The position numbers were made by a program, and so were the translations under genes. From positions 1 through 54,492 of the forward strand of contig NKIB01013636.1 of the NCBI GenBank assembly GCA_002256025.1: 54,492 nucleotides of DNA. The letters run 5' to 3'. Below the pieces are notes generated by a model. The model was not told where the DNA came from. It was given only the letters and a program-made list of their open reading frames with translations, and did not search any database. Positions within the stretch are counted from its first letter, which is position 1, and every line of letters starts with the position of its first letter. Shown piece by piece: positions 46,561-54,492 of the stretch. The stretch is from Asterionella formosa. Lineage: Eukaryota.

Positions 46561-49500
46561 ATCAATCTACCAATCGTGAGTACGGATGGAGTATTTGAGG
46601 GAAAAAATCGCCAAGGGGTTACTAGAACAACTGAGTCATGACACAGCGCAAGACAACAACATGCACTCGGGGTGCTTGTACCAGTACATAACTTGGTTAG
46701 CTATCATCGCATGATTGTTTCTGATAAGTGCTGAAGGAAACTCTCTCAAGTCGGCATTGCTTTGGAGTAGTGCGAGTTCAATTTGCCAATTTTACATTGA
46801 CAATGCGCACTTATTTCAGCCTACAGCGGCGATGTTTATGGTTGCATCAATTTGGCGCATGAGGATGGCGAAAACTCTTTTCACTGTCATTTCTTGGCCG
46901 ATTCATACCTTCTCGGCATATGTACCATACGTTACTTGAGTTGCATTTCGCAATGATTATCCTCTAAATCAATTTTATCTTGAACTTTTAAAATATGTAG
47001 TTGTAACATGAACTAGTTTTTTCTTGGAAATCACTGTATGATTCTGAACCATCGCATGAAAACCTCGAAGAGAAGTTTTGTTCACTATAATAGTTCATAT
47101 TATTTACGTGAAGTGCACAAATATAAACTGTAGATGGTCCATGCATGAAATAAGACACTACAAATATCATTACTATTTCACAAATAAAGATGCAGGTAGA
47201 AAATCAATTAGCCACGAGAGCATGATATTAGTTGAACTTTGAAATGAATTATTTGAAACATCAACTAATTCAGTCTTGAGTTCAAAGTTCATTGTGAGAA
47301 CTTCACATGAAACCGTTAAAAGTAACCTTTTTTACGGAAAGAGTGGCATTAAATGAGGACCCATTTTTCTTCGAACCATTTATTCTCTACATACATACGA
47401 AGAAGTTTATAACTGTAGAGAAACAGTAACTTGTTTTCGATCATGGAATGCGCAACTGCGAAAGTGGCGATGATGGGAAGGAAGAAAACGACAGAATGCT
47501 CGTTTTAATAATTGGAACCGTTTTATGTCCGGTGCTCTTTTCATGTTATAAATATCATAGTAGCATGTTTTATTCAGTTTCCCGAAAATACTTGAGTGGC
47601 CGGCCAATGTAAAACAGCAAATGTCGATGTGTATGCACATGTTCGCTATCAATATATGTACTGTATGTCATATTGGTTTCGAATAATTTATTTAGAAGCT
47701 AATAATATTTTAATTTGTGATTAAGAATTTATACTCACGTCTAAATAACTAATTAAAAACACATTTTTCGAGTAAGCCGACCCTCACAAAGAAAAGTGGT
47801 ATATTTTCTACGTAATGCGCACTACAAATAAACTGCTCGGCACTTGAGTGGCTGCAAATTGACGCAATTGTTTTCTCTCAGAGGGAATACCAGGTAACTG
47901 GTAGGACATCAGTATTACTGGTGTCACTATGATAGAAGTGCTGTACCTGGTATCTGGCCCCGGTAATCCTAGAATCCATAAAAGCAATAAAAAGTAGTTC
48001 TGGCTTGTGGTAACAATGTAGTAAAATAAAACTCGTTGTAGGGGTCAAAAAGCTTCATCTATGGATTAAAAGATGTGTACTGAAAGACAACGTTATGAGT
48101 CAAAATGGGTGACATAAAACAGCATTCACATGCAGCACTTGAAAATTTTCCTCTGGTATATTGGGTACGGAAACGTGTAGTGGGAGTAATTAACTAAAGA
48201 AGATTGTTGTTGTCCCTCTTTTCTTATAGTAAACTGATTAATAATTTTATAAGTTGCCATGTGTTGATTAGTATTTGGATGCCCCTCTCGCAGGTGATGG
48301 ATAGGGCAATCATACAGCATGCAACGCCGCTCACCATCATCATTGATGGTTGCAATGGATGAATTACTATAACTAGTATGGATGAGGCCAATATTCTAAC
48401 AACAGTTGCTAGTCAATTAGAGGCTATTGGAATGATGAACGTGAATGCCACTATATTGATAAGGCATCCATGTAGCTATCATCCGCCATTCTAGTCAGTT
48501 TGTAAGGCTGACAGATAGGTCGATTTGTAGATTATTGGAGGTAAAATCCATTTTTGATCCCACAGAAGGTCACGACAAGAACGTTCTTCGGATGTCCTAA
48601 CACTAACCTCCAGTAGCATCTTCAAAATCTGGTCACCTGGAAATTGCCCAACTCATGCTGGCGTTTCCTTGGTTTCTTGGATGCAATATAATCACGGTTG
48701 CATCAGCATCCTTTTCCTGTTCCTTTCGTCAGGATCCCTTTCTTATGCAGTCGCTCTCCATGGAATCACAAACACCGCCGACTAACGGAGATTCGTAAAG
48801 AGAGAGAGTGAGTTGACGTTTTGAATGGCAACACAGCAAGCCAAACAATCAACCTTCTCCAAGGAGTTGATCGGATTATTGACGAAAGGTCGCCTTGCCT
48901 CTGTCAAGTCCTCATCAGTAGTAGCTATCCAGCGGTTTATTAATTCCCAAATGTAACATTCACCTCGATGTCGACCAACCATGATTAGGGCACATGAAAG
49001 GACGATTATCGAACTACAGTGCTGGCAGAGTGATGATCACAAGGATCATGACAAAGCAACAAGCAACAATGAGCCAGCAAGCAAGTGCAATTAGTAAAAC
49101 CTACATACACTCATACCAGCAAGAAGCAATGTACTCCACTTTTCAAAGCTTGCTGGTTGTTCATGTTCATTTTTTCAACTGAAGATTTAAAACAATTTCA
49201 TCATGGTTTTGTCAAATGACATAGGATTGGCTATTACTATTGCCTATTTTTCAATCGTGACGTATGCAATTCGATTGCTCAGAGCAGCTGATTTATAGCC
49301 AAAATTTCTCAATCAAATGACTTGCTGGTAATCATTGATGTGTGTGATTTTTGATGTTTGATAAAGGCACCCACATCAATAACTTTAGTCAAAAGATGGA
49401 GTGATCAAATGTTGGCTCTCAGTTTTTAGGTGGACCTGGTACCAGTACCATACATACTTAAGCTTTCTTCATAAAAGAAAGCGTAAGTCTGGAATGCTGC

Positions 49501-50196
49501 CCAGTTTCGCCAAGAGATGAAGACGTCGAAAATCGCAAATCGTGTCGATTTCATAATTTCGGAGATTCATCACTCATGTGTCTTTTTGTAGAAACCTTCG
49601 TAGCAGGCTTTGTTCTGCCTGTGATCACATCACGGTAAAGCTAGCAAGGTGAATACCGGTAATCCAACTTTTATTACTGGTAGTACTGTACAAATAATTG
49701 ACGACGCACAGACCATTGATGAACCTTCCATTGTACATCGTTCAATTTACAGTACCTGGTACCAGGTACCAGCTACCGCTGGTACAAACAGGTAGACATA
49801 TGTACCACATCACATTTTATGGGAATGCATTTCCTGATCTCCATGTGGGAGGGTGATCATTCATCAGCATTGTTGTTCTCCAATGGGAGCATTATTTAAT
49901 TTTGACATGAAGGATATAGCATTTTATTCATGAATGATTATACACTCCGTACCTAAAATGGTCGTGATGAAGGCGATGATGCAGGCTATATGTACACCGC
50001 TAGTACTCCGAGTATACGGTATGATATTGTCTGCTATAAAATCTAGACTACGGGTATGCTGTGATACATATGTATAGAAAATATTTATACCGGTATTATT
50101 ATATGATGTAAATATAAGCAATACATTACTGGAGTGCAACTATAAATAATCAATTTACATCTCGAGCGAGTAATAGAAAAAGCAATATTCTCGGCA

Positions 50197-51607
50197 ATGA
50201 GTGAAGCCAAGGACGCCGCCGCTGCTGCAGCTAGTGACGCTGGACGAAGCTCCATTCTCCTCAATCAGCCAATTGTCTTAGACAATGGAACGTCTTCGAT
50301 CAAAGCAGGCTTTGCTGGCAGTCAAAAACCAAAGGTGCGTCTTTGCAACTATTTTAGTGCCTCGTTGGCAGCTTTTACGTGTTAGTGCTTGTGTTCGGGG
50401 CTTCCATGCTTTCTTGCTCGATTTGCTCAACATGCAGCTAACGCATTTGTCTTGTCTAAAGGTGGTGGTTGGAACAAAAGTTGGACGATCGAAGCACATG
50501 AGAATCATGCCAGGAGGAGCTTTGGAACATGATTCAGAGATGTCGGGCCCTTCGTCGGTCTTCGTTGGAAGGAAGTTGGATGAACATCGTGGAGCCTTTC
50601 TTCTGGAGTATCCAATGCACAAGGGAGCCGTAGTGGAAGGAGGATGGGAATCCATGGAGCGAGTTTGGGAGGTGAGTCAGATTCGCGTTGAGAGTAGTTA
50701 CAATGCTGGCTGGCTTTCTGACAATGCAACTGCCTTGTGTTGAAAGCACGTGTATTCCAAGGCTAATTTGAACGCTCAAATGGACCAGCACCCTGTCCTT
50801 TTGACGGAAGCGCCTTTGAATTCTCGACGTAATCGGGAGCAGACTTCTGAACTCTTCTTTGAGACTTTTCGCGCACCAGCCCTTTTCTTTTCCCCTCCAT
50901 CGGTGTTGAGTCTCTATGCGTCCGGTCGAACCACGGGTGTTGTGTTGGACGTTGGTGAAGGCGTGACGCATTGTATCCCGGTATATGAAGGGCATGCACT
51001 ACCACATTCGGTGTCACGAAGCGATGTTGCTGGTCGAGACGTTACTAATCATTTGCAACTACTCTTGCGTCGGTCCGGTCTTACATTTACAACGACAGCA
51101 GAAGCCGACTTGGTCAAGAAAATCAAGGAAGAAAGTTGTTATGTATCTCCAACTAGTGTTGTTGGTGAAGTAGAAGAAAAGGATTCTAAAACCCAATACC
51201 AGCTTCCTGATGGACAGGCAGTGACGTTGTCAACAGAAAGATACCAAGCCCCCGAGCTTCTCTTCAACCCAACTTTGATTGGTTCGGAAGAACCTGGTGC
51301 TGCTGATGTCTTGGTCCGGTCGATCCTCAAGTCCGACTTGGACTTAAGATCGACGCTCTTTTCACAGATTGTGCTTTCTGGTGGTTCGACATTGTTACCT
51401 GGCTTTGGTGATAGACTATTGCATGAAGTGCGATCCAGGGTCCCTACTCACACTCGGATTCGAATTTCAGCCCCACCAGACCGAATACACTCCACTTATG
51501 TTGGTGGATCTATCTTGGCGAGTCTAGCGACGTTCAAGTCCATCTGGGTCACAAGGGCAGAGTATGAAGAATACGGAACGTCTATTCTCTATCGAGGCGG
51601 TTTGTAA
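50197..51607 (+). CDS. ARP1: Actin-related protein 1 (centractin, dynactin subunit), 3 exons
   Basis: LNQPIVLDNGTSSIKAGFAG; KHMRIMPGGALE; EHRGAFLLEYPM; HPVLLTEAPLN; IRISAPPDRIHSTYVGGSILASLATFK. Introns 50335-50461 and 50672-50746. Confidence 0.88.
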
Positions 51608-51959
51608 TTTTTTCTGTTGTCCTCACGTGAAAAGTGTTGAATTGAATTATTACCTCCCTCGTCGTATATACCGTATATGTCTGGCTTCTGAATCATAGTT
51701 GGTGTGGTACTCCTATCTACAATTAGCTGGAAGAAGTTGCAATTTGATACTACTGTTTAAGTGTTTCAACACTTTATAGTTATGTTTTTTCTCACTTTTT
51801 GGTTGAACGCATACGAAGTCCTCTAGAAGTAGTAAATAGCATCCTAGAGCACAGTAGATTATCAATGTATCAATTACTTTTCCCCACAAAAAATCGCAAT
51901 ATTTTGCGAGCTTAAAGGCGCTACCTCACAGTACATTAAAATCCCAGACAAGTGTTGCG

Positions 51960-53508
51960 TTAAAGTGCGATCATGACAACTATGAGAGTAATGGCATTTG
52001 CGAATGCAGAAATCACCAACTTGGAACAATCCGAGGTAATTGGCTGGATAGTAGCTGGGTTTGAAGGTGCTGGGGACGCGGGAGAGAGTGATGGTTCTGA
52101 GGAAATTGACGGTTTTTGAGTCTTGGAAGTTGGACTCATAGATATCGTAGGGTCCATCGAAGGAACGGACGATGGGGAACCAGTGGGAGCTTTTGTATCA
52201 CCCCGTCGAGTTGGTGATCTCGAAGGGGACAAAGAAGCTATGAATGATGGCACCGTAGTCGGAACGATACTCGGCGAATCAGAAATGTCCATAGAGGGAC
52301 TAGCAGAAGGGACAGCGGTGGAGTATGCAAGGCAATCAGTCATACTCTCAAAGGTGGTGCAAGTGGGAGTGAAGGAATCGAATTGGGAACTACTCTCAAA
52401 CGAAGATATGAATTGGCAGACTGTTCCGTTCGAGCTCGTGCCATAATTATCAGTACTTTCAACATCACCACCGTATGAAGCAACCGGTGAGACGCCGACA
52501 AGGTTGTTAGAGAAACAGTTGAGCATCATTGACAAGGGACCACTGCTCTCGACCAAGAATGACGCTGTCTGAAACTGTGGATGTACAATTTGTGAGCTCA
52601 ATAGTTACAACATATGAACACTGACTTATAGTTCATCCTGTCTTACCTTTGTATTGTTGAAAATGTAGTCATTGTTTTCGAAGGCGCTTTGGGAAAAGCT
52701 CAACCGATTTTGCACTCCATTGGCAGTCACAATGGCTGGGTTGGCACCATCACCGTAGTATGTGTTGTTCTTCCGTTTCAAAGAAATAACAGATTAGTTT
52801 AACACGAATCGTGATGTCGACAAGCAGCGACTTGTTCACTTACTGTGAAGGAACATCCAATGAAAGAAACGGAGAGCTCACTCGAAATATCGGAACTGCT
52901 GTAGTATTCGAGAAAAACTGGCGCGAGGGCCTCGCTATTTAACTTGAGACAAAGCAGAAGAAAGGAAACGTGAGTTCCAGCATCGACTAGCACAAACGAA
53001 ACTCATGTTATGTCCAAAATTCACTCACCGTAAAGACACAATCCACAAAGGTAATATCGCCTTGTTTTGATGCCCAAACAGAATACCGCAGGGTCTTACT
53101 AAAGGTAACGCCCTCAATGGTAACATTGGGAATTGCAGTCACAGTGTTCCCGAAGTAGCTTGTCCCATCCACTTGTACGTCTCCTCCCGTGATGAAGCAG
53201 TTGTTGGTCACTTTGCCGTCATCGCCGCACTTTAGGTACAAATTGGGTCTCGCTCGGATGAACTGCTGGCCATCGATAACATTGTTGTTCACGTCCAGCT
53301 TTCCAATGTTGTAGAAGGCGTTGGAGCAGAGCACATATGTGCGCCCTTGCGAGAATGTAGGATCATTTGCTCCAAATGCGGTCTCAAAATTCTCCAACTC
53401 GTCAATGGTTTGAATGCAAGGCTGAGCTGTTGCGTTTTGGCATTGGACAGCGCTTGGAAGCGTGCACAAAATAGCAGCAACAAGCAGAGGGAACGTTGAT
53501 GGCGACAT
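51960..53508 (-). CDS. Secreted cell-surface protein with Cys-containing beta-helix-like head, Pro/Ser/Thr stalk and GPI-like C-terminus, 4 exons
   Basis: Signal peptide MSPSTFPLLVAAILCTLPSAVQC. Exons 53508-53029, 52942-52844, 52769-52647 and 52574(or 52568)-51960, all phase 0. PSxxP repeats and a hydrophobic C-terminus. Confidence 0.75.
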
Positions 53509-53759
53509 GGTCGTTGAAGATCACTACAGCACAATCAACCTTTGAAACTCTCCGTGCTTTATAGAAAGGATCGGCGGTGGGTGAATCCTTCCAGGACTGC
53601 CAATACCTAGCTTGCTATTCTCTTGATATTTTTGTTACCGGTATACCGGTATATCATTGGAAAAGGAATGTCGTCTCCTGTAAGATGGTGCGATCATTTT
53701 ACGTCCCTGAATGTATACCGGGGTACATCGGTAGACTACCCTGGTACAAGGGTGCTACC

Positions 53760-53793
53760 GGTACCAGGTACCAGGTACCTGGTACCTGGTACC
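53760..53793. repeat. Perfect 34-bp palindrome (GGTACCA)2 GGTACC (TGGTACC)2
   Basis: GGTACCAGGTACCAGGTACCTGGTACCTGGTACC equals its own reverse complement. Confidence 0.97.
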
Positions 53794-54376
53794 TAGTACT
53801 CCGAGTAGCCACCGGTAGACAATACTCTTTTTCTTTACTACATGACTCTTGGGGCTACGTACATGTATAGGGTTTACATATTTTGAATACGGCACACATT
53901 ACTGAGGGGCAGGCAAAGCCTACATGAATCCAGTACCAAGACCTATGTAGTCGGTCGTGCCTAATTAATCATGTATATTTATTGCCCATGCTGTATGTAG
54001 TGTGTTTGTATTCCTTTTGCTTACCGGTAGTCGGATACCTTAATTAGGATATGCATAGGTGGTCCGGGATGGCGCGGGGGTTGGGAGGAACCCGTGCGAC
54101 CAGGTTACCAGGTACACTAGAACGCACTGCTGGTCCGAAAAAGGTGTATCCAGTTGAATCATGTGAGGAACGCACATGATAAATATTTAGAGAGTATCAT
54201 GTGCGTTGTTTTTCGGGGTGGGTCGGAATCCTCGCTCGTGTTGGAACCGTTGTTTGTGCCAAAAGCGAGCGACTGAGGGTCGTTCTTATCATTCCGAATT
54301 TGCTGTATCATTTCCGGGTTGCGGGCAAAAAGTGACGGTTGGTATCAAAACACGGTATCAGCAACGGTAACTTGAT

Positions 54377-54413
54377 GGTATCAATTTTGTATCATTGATA
54401 CAAAATTGATACC
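54377..54413. repeat. Perfect 18-bp-arm inverted repeat within a cluster of GTATCA motifs
   Basis: GGTATCAATTTTGTATCA-T-TGATACAAAATTGATACC. Confidence 0.93.
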
Positions 54414-54492
54414 TTTTTTTGCCCCCTCCAAAAACGGTATCAGTGATACTGACGTTTTCACGTGGGTATCATTTCCGTTGTCACTAATAAAA

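Larger units (their letters stand above)
44104..47887. mobile_element. ~3.8-kb TIR element with TA target duplication (Stowaway/mariner-like CTCCCTC end)
   Basis: Left end TA|CTCCCTCTGGTGGGCGAAAACAATCACGTCAATT; right end, reverse-complemented, TA|TTCCCTCTGAGAGAAAACAATTGCGTCAATT. Confidence 0.7.

Noticed and set aside
48300..49000. Possible decayed minus-strand gene or retroelement
   Set aside because: Multiple stops in the frames examined and no RT, endonuclease or other motif recognised.

Overview
Eukaryotic nuclear DNA, most likely from a diatom. The evidence is short GT-AG introns, compact genes, bipartite ASAF-type plastid presequences and an HSF-family regulator. About 14 intact host genes are present: a sulfotransferase-like protein, an RgpF-like glycan enzyme, MoaC/CNX3, Tfb4, a flavin amine oxidase, a prolyl 4-hydroxylase, an ABCC transporter, an SDR, CASP golgin, a mitoribosomal bS18 fusion, a UvrD-like helicase lacking the 2B subdomain, an HSF, Arp1 and a GPI/mucin-like surface protein. 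One probable orphan gene is also present. AT-rich spacers contain at least three families of TA-flanked terminal-inverted-repeat (TIR) elements, a split IS630-Tc1-mariner-like transposase remnant, a Crypton-like tyrosine-recombinase pseudogene bounded by direct repeats, and a TIR element carrying an LRR gene fragment. The most striking pattern is that intergenic DNA is saturated with TA-x-TA motifs (TACCGGTA, TACCWGGTA, TACTA/TAGTA and (GGTACCW)n arrays). Two diverged copies of one repeat differ by TA to TA-x-TA insertions, and the fillers match the terminal bases of the TIR elements in this window. This suggests the motifs are accumulated transposon excision footprints (inference). All alignments and translations outside the supplied ORF track were done by eye.
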